Shown here one piece after another: positions 46,847 through 56,115 of a stretch of 64,000 nt of DNA. The stretch covers positions 96,001-160,000 of IMG/VR virus record IMGVR_UViG_3300022843_000001; one strand, 5' to 3'. The stretch is from a virus. The position numbers and the translations under genes are program-made. Position 1 is the first letter of the stretch; every line of letters starts with the position of its first letter. The notes under the pieces were generated by a model. That model did not search any database. It worked only from the letters and a program-made list of their open reading frames with translations, and had not been told where the DNA came from.

Positions 46847-47099
46847 TACACACTCACACTAACTACACTCACCAGCTCTAGGCAAGCTATATAATACTGC
46901 CTACTTACCACCATGCATACTGTGTACATGCAGTATGTATGCTAGTAAGTGTTACGTACTACTCAGTACGGCTTACAAACAGGAGAAATGTGATGAAAGA
47001 ATCCACCAAGCAAACTATCGTTGAAACTGTGCTGTATGTAGCATTAATGGTAGCAATACCATGTATGTTTATTCTTTAGGACACTTTAGGAGTATTATT

Positions 47100-47378
47100 A
47101 TGTCAGTAAAATCTAAGTACACTCATGGGTGCGGTGTGTGTAGTCTTATAAGTAACTGTGGGTGTGCAGCAGTATTACAAGTACCTGATTTAACAGGTTA
47201 TAAATACTCTCATGAGTATGATTCTTGTGACTATCATCAGATTGTTAAACATGATATTTATGACAATCGTGATCTTGGTGTGGATAGTTTTGTTGAAACT
47301 ATTTTAGTGACTTATAAAGCTTCTTTAGTGCTATCTGAAGATAGATTAAATGCTTATTTAGCTGATGATAGTAGATAG
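47100..47378 (+). CDS. Hypothetical Cys-rich early protein
   Basis: ATG 47100 behind GGAG; CGVC...C...C. Confidence 0.55.
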   Translation: MSVKSKYTHGCGVCSLISNCGCAAVLQVPDLTGYKYSHEYDSCDYHQIVKHDIYDNRDLGVDSFVETILVTYKASLVLSEDRLNAYLADDSR

Positions 47379-47417
47379 GTTTTAAGTTAGTTTATTTAGA
47401 TAGGTGTTGCTACCACA

Positions 47418-47735
47418 TTGAGTAGCAGTCTATTAATGGAGAATATTATGAACACATTATTAATAAACAGTACACTTACTGTTTTAAGTATTGACGAAAT
47501 AGTGGCGAATCATGCTCAAGCAGTATCTTTAGTATTAGTTGGTTTGTATGACATGCATGTTCAGGTAACTAAGGAAAATAACTCTTTATTCTTTAAGTAC
47601 ATGACAGATCAAGAGATGGATTACGCATTGAGTGATGTTGATGCTGGTACTTCAAGCCAGTTTAATTACCACAACCCTAATTGGCACTTTGTATCATCAT
47701 TACGAATAGCTATCAGAGATAGTTTAGAAGGTTAA
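47418..47735 (+). CDS. Hypothetical early protein
   Basis: ORF; true start probably 47448 behind GGAG. Confidence 0.55.
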   Translation: MSSSLLMENIMNTLLINSTLTVLSIDEIVANHAQAVSLVLVGLYDMHVQVTKENNSLFFKYMTDQEMDYALSDVDAGTSSQFNYHNPNWHFVSSLRIAIRDSLEG

Positions 47736-47833
47736 ATAATGACCACCTAGCTCTACGGAAAGGGTTAGGAAATGTTAAGGAGCAGTACAGTACCGTGTAT
47801 ACATTCGTATACATGTCATGTTTGGAGAACATT

Positions 47834-49840
47834 ATGAAAAACTTACAACCAGCAGTGTCAGAAAAAGCAGCAATAGATCACACAAATGACAGCTTGAAAA
47901 CTGCTATGTATTTGATGCTTAGCAACTCTGATTTGGTTACAAAGACAGCATTTTACGCTAATGAAGAGTTATACGATGATTGGACAGCTATGGTACACGA
48001 ATACGTGTTTGATACTTTATTACCGAACAGACTGAAGCATGTAATAGCAGCAGTAACTAGCGTAACAAACAGTTGCGATAAGGTATTGCTGAGCACTTTT
48101 GTAGGCATGTTGAAGTATAAAAACATGGTTGGGCCATTAAAGGTTAAGCAAACTGAGGGACAGCTTAAACGTTTTAATATACTGGTGGCTGAATTAGTTA
48201 CTAGTATACTAATTGACGAAGGCTTGCTTGAAGTACAAGTAGAAAAAGTTACAACAGCATTAGGTGTTAGAACACATAAGTATGTGACGTTTACTAAACA
48301 TAATGTCAAAGATGTGTATAAAGGCATTATGGATAAAGCTGGTGTTGTGCTGCAGAAAGATATTGCTGGGCGTAAGCCTAATAATGCGCAGAAAACTTGT
48401 CTTGCATTGTTATCTAGTCAGGCGTATGAACTTCATACTGCTCTTAGTCAGGCAGTACTGCACAAGTTTTATACACTTAAACCTGATTGGAACAAGACTC
48501 ACGATAAGAATGGTAATGAAATTAAATGGGTTGGTGCTTATAAACGTAAGCATTACAAAGATATGGCAGCGGAAGTAATGGAACTGCAAGATTGCATTTA
48601 CTATATTGCGCATAAGTTTGACAATCGTTTACGTGTCGGTCCTGAGGCAAATAGGCTTGAAGGTATTAATCTTCATGGAAAGTCTTTTGAAACTGGACAG
48701 CATTGTGCTGCAAACTATAAAGATATAAATGATCAGGCTTATAGAATGATTGAGCAGCAGTTGTATTCAGCTAGGCATAACCGTGTGACTGTTCAGCAAG
48801 CAGTAGATAATTTGTCATCTAATGACTATTTACCTGTTACTGAGGACATTATGCTTGCAGCTACTAGCCAGAAGGAAATGGCTAACTTGCACACTGCTAA
48901 GAAAGCATTAAAGTCAATGCAACGACACGCTGAAGGCAAGCCTTGCGGTAATTTATTCGGCTGGGACTTCACGTTCTCAGGTGGCATTATGGCAGGTCTG
49001 TTGTTCAAGAGTCCTGAGTTCTTACAGTCAGGTAATCTTTATGGTGAGGATAAGGTAACTGATGCACATGCTAGGTTTGGTGAGTTATTTGGTCTTAGTG
49101 GTATTGATAGAGATACTGTTAAGGATATGCAGCAACCAGTTATGCATGGTGGTCACATTTCAGGTTTGCTGAAAGTACTAGCAGATCATGGATTTGAGAT
49201 GTCAGAAGCAGAGGTAAAGAGAGGTCTTACAGGTGTATACGGTGAATGTGTTGGTAATGTAAATATCATTGCTGAGTGGGGTCAAGCGTTAGCATGCAGT
49301 GAGTATGCAACAATGACTTGGACTATGCCTGATAACATGATTTCAGCACACAAAGCTTACCAAAGTGGTATTGCTGTTGAGAATTATGTTGCATCAGCTA
49401 CTAGTAAGCGTGGTTATACTCATAATGTACAGCTTAGTAATTTGCCTTATGAGACTACTAATACTGGTAAACCTTTGTATGCTAAGGAGATGACTATTGG
49501 TCATACTAACTATAAAGTTACTACTCATCTGAGAGGATTATTTGCCGATATTCTTCATAGTGTAGATGCTTATGTGTTACGTAGAGTAGTGAAAGCTGTT
49601 ACTGATCAGGGCTATACTATATTGGTTAAGCATGACAACTTTTATATTCAACCAGCAGCTTATCCTACTTTAATTAAAGCAGCTAAGAAGGTGTTTAGAG
49701 AGTTGCTTCATAGTAATTTGCTGCACAATATACTCACTGAAATTAGTGAACGGTCACATAAAGAATCTAATGTGCCAGAAATAGTTTATGGCGAAGCTCA
49801 AGATTTGATTGAAGAAAGCCATAATTTCTTACTACCATAG
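47834..49840 (+). CDS. Single-chain T7/N4-RNAPII-family RNA polymerase (divergent)
   Basis: HKFDNRLR, motif A GWDFTFSG, motif B RDTVKDMQQPVMHGG, LHSVDAYVLR, motif C VKHDNF; ATG 47834 behind GGAG. Confidence 0.85.
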   Translation: MKNLQPAVSEKAAIDHTNDSLKTAMYLMLSNSDLVTKTAFYANEELYDDWTAMVHEYVFDTLLPNRLKHVIAAVTSVTNSCDKVLLSTFVGMLKYKNMVGPLKVKQTEGQLKRFNILVAELVTSILIDEGLLEVQVEKVTTALGVRTHKYVTFTKHNVKDVYKGIMDKAGVVLQKDIAGRKPNNAQKTCLALLSSQAYELHTALSQAVLHKFYTLKPDWNKTHDKNGNEIKWVGAYKRKHYKDMAAEVMELQDCIYYIAHKFDNRLRVGPEANRLEGINLHGKSFETGQHCAANYKDINDQAYRMIEQQLYSARHNRVTVQQAVDNLSSNDYLPVTEDIMLAATSQKEMANLHTAKKALKSMQRHAEGKPCGNLFGWDFTFSGGIMAGLLFKSPEFLQSGNLYGEDKVTDAHARFGELFGLSGIDRDTVKDMQQPVMHGGHISGLLKVLADHGFEMSEAEVKRGLTGVYGECVGNVNIIAEWGQALACSEYATMTWTMPDNMISAHKAYQSGIAVENYVASATSKRGYTHNVQLSNLPYETTNTGKPLYAKEMTIGHTNYKVTTHLRGLFADILHSVDAYVLRRVVKAVTDQGYTILVKHDNFYIQPAAYPTLIKAAKKVFRELLHSNLLHNILTEISERSHKESNVPEIVYGEAQDLIEESHNFLLP

Positions 49841-50564
49841 TAGGTAGTTAATGCACAAGGATGTGCCAATATACTATTAAGGATTTTTATGTAGTGTACA
49901 ACAAGGTATTACATTAACCGCACCAGTTGTGGGTTTACTTTAGTGTATACGAATATGTATTGATCTTTATTTATTATTTCCCTTATTACACCCCTAGATT
50001 CGACAGTTTTTTTCCTGCTCGCATTCGCTCCCTATAGTGAAAAAAGACGGTATGTTCTTTTTTACAGCAGCTAATGACGTACTGGCAATACGCAATCTGT
50101 AAATATATAGCTGTTTTAATATGTATAGCAATCTCGCATTAATTTAAATAGGAGATGTGTAATGGATATACTGTGCCGTTAGAAGCGGCTTAAATAGACT
50201 TGTAATAAACCAACTCAAGTCTTTTACCAGAACTACCAATAAGATACTAAGTATCTATGTACGATCTCACAGATGTAGCCATAGGCACACAGCTGAGTGA
50301 AACAAACTAGTAGAGTAAACTGCTTGACTAAATCTAACCAAATTTAACACCGTAAGTGTGTAACGGCTATTGTGCTAGCTGTAAAGTTTAGCTATTCGCT
50401 CTGAAGTAGTCTGAGGCAAATTTACACATTTGTACAACGACACGGTTGCCTTGAACAAGCAACACTGGAGACGTAACCAGTATAAATTATGTTAGTAAAT
50501 TTTTAGTTAAGGTAACGTATTACACCTATTTTAAAGTAATACAAAATTTAAGAGGATTTATATC

Positions 50565-50885
50565 ATGTCTATCATGAAAGATACGCCTGAAATGCGGTCA
50601 GCTGCATATAAAGAGGCGTTACAACGTAAGCAGCAAATGAAGTTGCACAATATAACTGCAGACATGACTCAAGAACAGTCTGACGCAAAAATCATTCAAC
50701 TTTCGGAAGCAAAGGCAGAATTAACAGGCAAGCCTGTGTCATCTGTTGCCGCAGGGCAGGAATGGTACGTTAACGAGTTAATTGAGTTTGCTGGAATGTC
50801 TCCTACAGAACGTTATCAATGGGGTAGAGACCAGTCATTTCCTGATACTGCTTCTGATGCAGAACTGCTATCCGCACTAGCTTAA
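50565..50885 (+). CDS. Hypothetical protein
   Basis: GAGG SD, 106-aa ORF after a long structured leader. Confidence 0.7.
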   Translation: MSIMKDTPEMRSAAYKEALQRKQQMKLHNITADMTQEQSDAKIIQLSEAKAELTGKPVSSVAAGQEWYVNELIEFAGMSPTERYQWGRDQSFPDTASDAELLSALA

Positions 50886-50986
50886 CTGTTAGTGCTCACG
50901 TGCCAGTACGTGTACCCAACTGGCAATTAACCAGCGTAATTTATAGGCTTATTCTTAAACTTCTTAATATAAAAGGTTAATTAACT

Positions 50987-51361
50987 ATGACTAATTTACT
51001 AAAAAATCAAGTTGAAGCTGTAAAACTTTGGTGTCAAGCACTTGAGTCTGAAGAATACTTACAAGGAGTGAATACTTTACAAGAAAATGATAATAGTTTT
51101 TGTTGTTTAGGTGTTGCTTGTTTAGTAGCTGAAAAAAATGGTGTACATGTAATTCGTGATGAGTTTGGAATTATAAAAGGCAATAATCTTGCTACACAAG
51201 CAGCAGTTATGGACTGGTTAGGATTACGTGATCCATCTGGTGCGTATAGCTATACTGATATAAATATACCTAGTTTAACTTCGCTTAATGATAGGGAAGT
51301 ATCGTTTAAAAAGATTTCTAAAATTATACAAAGTAACCCAGAAGGTCTATTTATTTCTTAA
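50987..51361 (+). CDS. Hypothetical phage protein, FCCLGVAC family (paralogue 1)
   Basis: ALESEEYLQG...FCCLGVAC...SLND...F. Confidence 0.75.
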   Translation: MTNLLKNQVEAVKLWCQALESEEYLQGVNTLQENDNSFCCLGVACLVAEKNGVHVIRDEFGIIKGNNLATQAAVMDWLGLRDPSGAYSYTDINIPSLTSLNDREVSFKKISKIIQSNPEGLFIS

Positions 51362-51400
51362 AAAGATAATTTAGGCTAATTACAAATTTTAGGTGTAGCT

Positions 51401-51598
51401 ATGAAAATAGATAACAAACATTGGTTATGTTTATGCTTAGTTAAAATGTCTGAAGAGAATAAAAAAGTTAAACATAACCACAGTACGTCTATTACTGATA
51501 ACAGTTTTGAACATTTAACTAAGTCTGTATTTAGTATAGATCTTAATGGTGGTATTACTGAAGAAGGTTTAACTCTAGTAGAACGTAATTTTCCTTAA
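51401..51598 (+). CDS. Hypothetical protein
   Basis: 65-aa ORF with SD. Confidence 0.45.
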   Translation: MKIDNKHWLCLCLVKMSEENKKVKHNHSTSITDNSFEHLTKSVFSIDLNGGITEEGLTLVERNFP

Positions 51599-51619
51599 AG
51601 TAACTTTTAAGAGGTTATT

Positions 51620-52021
51620 ATGATTAGTAAATATCCGGGTAAGTACTGTAGTAAGAAAGTTGCTGATATGTCTCCTGAAGAGCATAAGCAACATAGAATA
51701 CATTCTAACGCTTACAACAAATCTAAAAGTCCTGAACAAAATAAAAGAGATTTGGATTCACAAAATAGATGGAGATCTAAGAATACTGAAAAAGTACTAA
51801 TTTACTCTAAACGTTGGAGAGACAAAAATACTACTAAAGTAAAAGTGTGCTCACGTGATTACTATAGAAGATCGTCTAAAAACTTAACTGATGTGTATAT
51901 AAGAAATCTTGTACATATCAGTACAGGATTACAGAAAAATTTAATAACTCAGGAAATGATAAATATTCATCGTTCAACCCTCGCAATAAAGCGAATTATT
52001 AAAACAACCAGAGAGAAATAA
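51620..52021 (+). CDS. Basic hypothetical protein
   Basis: LTDVYIRNL...EMINIHR...IKR C-terminal pattern seen in phage proteins. Confidence 0.65.
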   Translation: MISKYPGKYCSKKVADMSPEEHKQHRIHSNAYNKSKSPEQNKRDLDSQNRWRSKNTEKVLIYSKRWRDKNTTKVKVCSRDYYRRSSKNLTDVYIRNLVHISTGLQKNLITQEMINIHRSTLAIKRIIKTTREK

Positions 52022-52023
52022 AA

Positions 52024-52560
52024 ATGAAAGATCAAAATTTTAAAGTTATTGTAGATACTATTAAAAAACTTAGTTTTAATAGTGATTCACAAAAGTATGA
52101 CCTAGCTAAAGTATTACATCAAGCTCGTATTGTTAATTGGTCACAGACTAAGTACAAGACATTTGACAACATGATTAAAGTAGAGATTAATGACACTAAT
52201 CGTGAAGTTTATACTTTAATTTATGGTTATTCTTGTATGCAGAAGTTTAAATGGTCTGATGCAGCTATTAAGACAGTGTTAAAACAATTAGGGTGGTCTA
52301 GATTTGTAGCTGCTATACAAAAAGAATTTGTTATTAAAACAAAATATGATTTTATTAATAAGTATTACAAAATGCCTATGAATAAGTTAATACCTGTACG
52401 TGCAGTAGATCCTGAAGGTGATAGAGCTTACGGTTTTAATTTACCTGCAGAACATGCTAATAAATGGGATGGTATTCTTACACAACACGGTATGACTATT
52501 ATCAATGGTCGTAGACATGGTGTAAGAGACTCTGTTATATCATTGATTAACACACTTTAA
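52024..52560 (+). CDS. Hypothetical protein
   Basis: 178-aa ORF abutting the upstream gene. Confidence 0.7.
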   Translation: MKDQNFKVIVDTIKKLSFNSDSQKYDLAKVLHQARIVNWSQTKYKTFDNMIKVEINDTNREVYTLIYGYSCMQKFKWSDAAIKTVLKQLGWSRFVAAIQKEFVIKTKYDFINKYYKMPMNKLIPVRAVDPEGDRAYGFNLPAEHANKWDGILTQHGMTIINGRRHGVRDSVISLINTL

Positions 52561-52801
52561 TATAATTCGAATAGGTAGCTGATGCTCTCTGCTGTTAATT
52601 ACACGATGTTTCTGTTGACAACCAACATGTTCTGAAAAGAAATGTGCAGGGGATTAGAGTAAGAGTGATAGAGTACCTCCTACGAGAAATCTAGGTGTGC
52701 CTGAAGCACAGTAAAAAGCAGTATTAAATTATAACCCTAGCTAGAGGGTAAAGTCGGTATTCGTGTTTCTAGTGAAGCGTCTAATTAACGTATGCGAATA
52801 A

Positions 52802-52873
52802 GCATTAGTGGTGTAATGGTTGCACACCTTCATTGCGAGGGAGTGTAGAGTTCGATTCTCTGCCTAATGTCGG
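52802..52873 (+). ncRNA. Degenerate tRNA (pseudo-tRNA)
   Basis: GCATTAG/CTAATGT acceptor, GTGT-AATGGTT-GCAC D-arm, TAGAG-TTCGATT-CTCTG T-arm; irregular anticodon arm, no CCA. Confidence 0.65.
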
Positions 52874-52903
52874 CACTTATTTTTAATCAACTAGGTAAAT
52901 ATT

Positions 52904-53110
52904 ATGTCTACAATTCAAGTAAATAAAGAAGCTCACAGAGCTAAAGCACAACTATTTCGTACTGGACACATTGTACGTGAATTGTCAGGAAACGTTGTGT
53001 GTGATGGAAGTGTAACAGTTAAAAACTACCCTTGGTGTAATAACGTCAGTGGTATTAATGTTGCAAAGAAATTTGTTCGTAAGTCAGGTCAAGTTTCTGT
53101 TAATAATTGA
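52904..53110 (+). CDS. Hypothetical protein
   Basis: 68-aa ORF with AGGT SD between two tRNA-like elements. Confidence 0.55.
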   Translation: MSTIQVNKEAHRAKAQLFRTGHIVRELSGNVVCDGSVTVKNYPWCNNVSGINVAKKFVRKSGQVSVNN

Positions 53111-53117
53111 TAAGTTT

Positions 53118-53177
53118 TGCCTTTCCACGGTTGGCAGTAAAGTAACTGGCAGGTTCGACTCCTCGCTTTAGGCACCA
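53118..53177 (+). ncRNA. Minimal tRNA-like element ending in ACCA
   Basis: GCCT/AGGC ends, GG-TTCGACT-CC T-loop, short central hairpins, no D-arm. Confidence 0.45.
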
Positions 53178-53207
53178 TTTACTATTTTTAAACTTACAGA
53201 GGCAGTT

Positions 53208-53609
53208 ATGAAAATTGATTTCAGTAACCCATTGTTTGGAACATCAAAACCAAATCCTTGTGAGTATGCATTTCGTTATTGTGATAGTAGTAACATGCTT
53301 GGGTATTGGGATATTTATTCAGAAGAATTTACAGCTACTGGAAGAGAAACTAATATTTACTTAGAGTACTGGAAAATACTTAGATTTACTCCTAAAGGCA
53401 TTGTTATTGAATGTTACAGAGTTGGAAAGTTTAAGGAAAAATTTATAGCCCATAAATGGCTAAAGAAATTTGCTCACTTAAATCTAGAGGAAGCTCAAAC
53501 AGCTTTCTTGTATCGTAAAAGTAAACAAATAGGGTTACTTAAAGGACAACTAGTAAACGCAAATGCTGCTTATAACCTAGCTAAAAACAAAAAATGGGGA
53601 CATGACTAA
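53208..53609 (+). CDS. Hypothetical protein
   Basis: 133-aa ORF with GAGG SD. Confidence 0.7.
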   Translation: MKIDFSNPLFGTSKPNPCEYAFRYCDSSNMLGYWDIYSEEFTATGRETNIYLEYWKILRFTPKGIVIECYRVGKFKEKFIAHKWLKKFAHLNLEEAQTAFLYRKSKQIGLLKGQLVNANAAYNLAKNKKWGHD

Positions 53610-54055
53610 TGAAACCACTTTATATTTTCGATATTGATGGAACACTAGCTGATCTTAGGCATCGTCTTCATTTAATTAAACAAAAAAGTCCTGATTGGGA
53701 TGCGTTTCACTCTAGCGTAATGAGTGACGCACCAATTCCTAGCACGATAAGTACATTGCAAATGTTGGCTGAGTTTTGTGATATTTGGTATTTTACAGGA
53801 CGTATGGAGACTTGCCGAGACTACACTGAGATGTGGTTAAAAGCACACGTACAAGGTTGGAGTAACCCTAATGTGACAATGAGAGCTAAAGACGACACTA
53901 GGCCAGATTACGTAATTAAGCAGGAGATGTTAGATAATATGCTAGATGTTGATCGTCGTAGATTAGTTGCTGTATTTGATGATCGTCAAAAAGTTGTTCA
54001 GATGTGGAGAGCAAATAATATTACTTGCTACCAAGTAGATAACGGAAACTTTTGA
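53609..54055 (+). CDS. Polynucleotide 3'-phosphatase (HAD; C-terminal domain of T4 PseT/PNKP)
   Basis: FDIDGTLAD, FTGR, RPDYVIK, FDDRQKVVQMWR. Confidence 0.85.
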   Translation: MKPLYIFDIDGTLADLRHRLHLIKQKSPDWDAFHSSVMSDAPIPSTISTLQMLAEFCDIWYFTGRMETCRDYTEMWLKAHVQGWSNPNVTMRAKDDTRPDYVIKQEMLDNMLDVDRRRLVAVFDDRQKVVQMWRANNITCYQVDNGNF

Positions 54056-54065
54056 GGATAGTTTA

Positions 54066-54449
54066 ATGAAATTAACAAGTGAAAATGTAGAAAAAGTTTT
54101 TAGATCGTGTTTGTTTGAAGACAATGAAGAACAGATAGATATTGTTAACTCTGCTGGAGTAGTTATAGATGCAGAATTTAAAAAACAAAAACTAGAAGAA
54201 AACAAAGAAAACATTATTGCTATGTTAGATCAGCTACCTGATGACTTTAATCAAGAACTCGGAGGAGGTATGCATTTTACTAATGCTGCTTATAGAAATG
54301 ACAACTATTTATGGGGTGAACACTGCCATGTTGATTTTCTTATTTGTTTAGGTATAGCTGTAGGTTATGTCAGATTTTGTTTAGCAAGGGAATTTTGGGC
54401 AGTATTGCCACAAAAACTTCCTTATTTTGTAACAGGAAAAATTAATTAG
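54066..54449 (+). CDS. Conserved hypothetical phage protein
   Basis: LTSENVEKVFRSCLF, QLPDDF...GGGMHF, WGEH. Confidence 0.7.
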   Translation: MKLTSENVEKVFRSCLFEDNEEQIDIVNSAGVVIDAEFKKQKLEENKENIIAMLDQLPDDFNQELGGGMHFTNAAYRNDNYLWGEHCHVDFLICLGIAVGYVRFCLAREFWAVLPQKLPYFVTGKIN

Positions 54450-54460
54450 GTAATAATATT

Positions 54461-54862
54461 ATGACTAATAAAGAAGAATACAAAAGAAGAAGAAAACTTT
54501 TAACAGACGCTTTGCGTTCTGGTGACTACAATCAAGGTTTTGGAGCTTTAGAAACTAAAGCAGGGTTCTGTTGTTTGGGTGTAGCTTGTGTAGTTGCTGA
54601 AAAAAATGGTGTAAAAGTTAACCGTGTTAGTGGAATACAAACTCTTGAAGGAAATACTTTTTTATCTCAAAAAAATGTTATTGATTGGTACGGTTTTCGT
54701 AGTTTTTCAGCTAAATTTACATTAGCAGGCGATACAAGCGAACTTTCTTTGATAAATTTAAACGATGTATACAAATTTTCATTTGACCAAATAGCAGACA
54801 TTATTGAAAATGAGACTGGCAATCTTTTTGTAGAAAGTGATGATCACCATGTTAAACTCTAA
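54461..54862 (+). CDS. Hypothetical phage protein, FCCLGVAC family (paralogue 2)
   Basis: ALRSGDYNQG...FCCLGVACVVAEKNGV...NLND...FDQIADIIE. Confidence 0.75.
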   Translation: MTNKEEYKRRRKLLTDALRSGDYNQGFGALETKAGFCCLGVACVVAEKNGVKVNRVSGIQTLEGNTFLSQKNVIDWYGFRSFSAKFTLAGDTSELSLINLNDVYKFSFDQIADIIENETGNLFVESDDHHVKL

Positions 54863-55109
54863 TCATCCCTTACATATATGTACTGACTGCACTTATTATG
54901 ATGCTCACAGAGACAACTACGGAAAAATTATAGCTAGGTGGTGTAAAAAACACACTGCTATTTGTGAAGACGCTGTAAAAGTTTGCGATTACCAAGTTGT
55001 ACAAAAGCAAACAAATTTTGTTTTATATACGTGTGATTTTCATAATAAACATTTTATTAACAGGTTTGCTCTTGAAACACAAGATACTGAGTATAACCTC
55101 CACTTGTAG
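54837..55109 (+). CDS. Hypothetical Cys-rich protein
   Basis: CTDC...C...C...C pattern. Confidence 0.5.
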   Translation: MMITMLNSNHPLHICTDCTYYDAHRDNYGKIIARWCKKHTAICEDAVKVCDYQVVQKQTNFVLYTCDFHNKHFINRFALETQDTEYNLHL

Positions 55110-55263
55110 GTTTAAATTATGAAAATGGTTTGTTATTTATTAGTAGTATTAATAATTGTAATCGTAGCTGTTTTTGCAGATCCAAGAACAGAACTAGGGA
55201 GTAAAAAACACTTACCGGGAAGTTCTTTTTGTGTAACGTTTTATTAACAACAGGAGTAAAAAT

Positions 55264-55554
55264 ATGACTACTTTTGAATCTTGGATACAAAATATTAAAA
55301 GCATTATGTGGACTAAAGACAAAGTAGCTTGTGCTACAGTTGCTTGGCATTATCAACAAAAAATAATTAACAAACTTAATGCAAAATTAAGTTTAATTGA
55401 AAATAACAACCATACTTTAAAAGAAGATACTAAAAAGCAATCTGGGTTATTAAAAGAAGCTGTTACAAGGCTAGAATGGTTCATAAACACATTTCCTGAA
55501 GGATGTAGTTATAATGACCACAATTTGATAGCTAGAGTTAAAGAAGTTATATAA
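55264..55554 (+). CDS. Hypothetical coiled-coil protein
   Basis: AGGAG SD, 96 aa. Confidence 0.6.
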   Translation: MTTFESWIQNIKSIMWTKDKVACATVAWHYQQKIINKLNAKLSLIENNNHTLKEDTKKQSGLLKEAVTRLEWFINTFPEGCSYNDHNLIARVKEVI

Positions 55555-55920
55555 TGATAATGAAAAAACCTATGAATATTTTATTTATTGCTATATGACA
55601 AGCACAAACAATAACTAATTGTGTACTAGTAGTTACTATTAGTATATGTAACCCAGTAGCTAAATACCACAGTGTTGATGTATTTTCTACGTTAATCCAG
55701 CCACAACCAGTACCGCCATTCTTTGGGAGTGGTACGGACTATTAAAATGAAATAACTAATACAGCGTAAATAAAGCTAAATTAAAGTGGAATTACAAACT
55801 ACGTACAAATGGTAAAGTAGTGAGTAAAAGTGGTTATTTGACTGCTAAAAACGCTTCTACAGAAAAAGATTTGTATATATTGGAAAACAACTTAATTAAT
55901 CAATTATCAGGTATAGAAAC

Positions 55921-56115
55921 ATGGATATAAAACCCTGCCAATTTTGTAATTCAACAGATACACAATTAGGAGTTTATAAAAATCGTGTGTTTATTATATG
56001 TATAGGATGTGAAGCAAAAGGACCAACTGTTTATGTAGATGATACAGAAAAACTAGGGGAATCTAAAAAACTAGCTATTAGTAATTTTAACAACCGAGAA
56101 TACAAAAATGATTAG
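55921..56115 (+). CDS. Lar-family restriction-alleviation zinc-binding protein
   Basis: IKPCQFC...ICIGCEAKGP...AISNFNNR. Confidence 0.7.
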   Translation: MDIKPCQFCNSTDTQLGVYKNRVFIICIGCEAKGPTVYVDDTEKLGESKKLAISNFNNREYKND

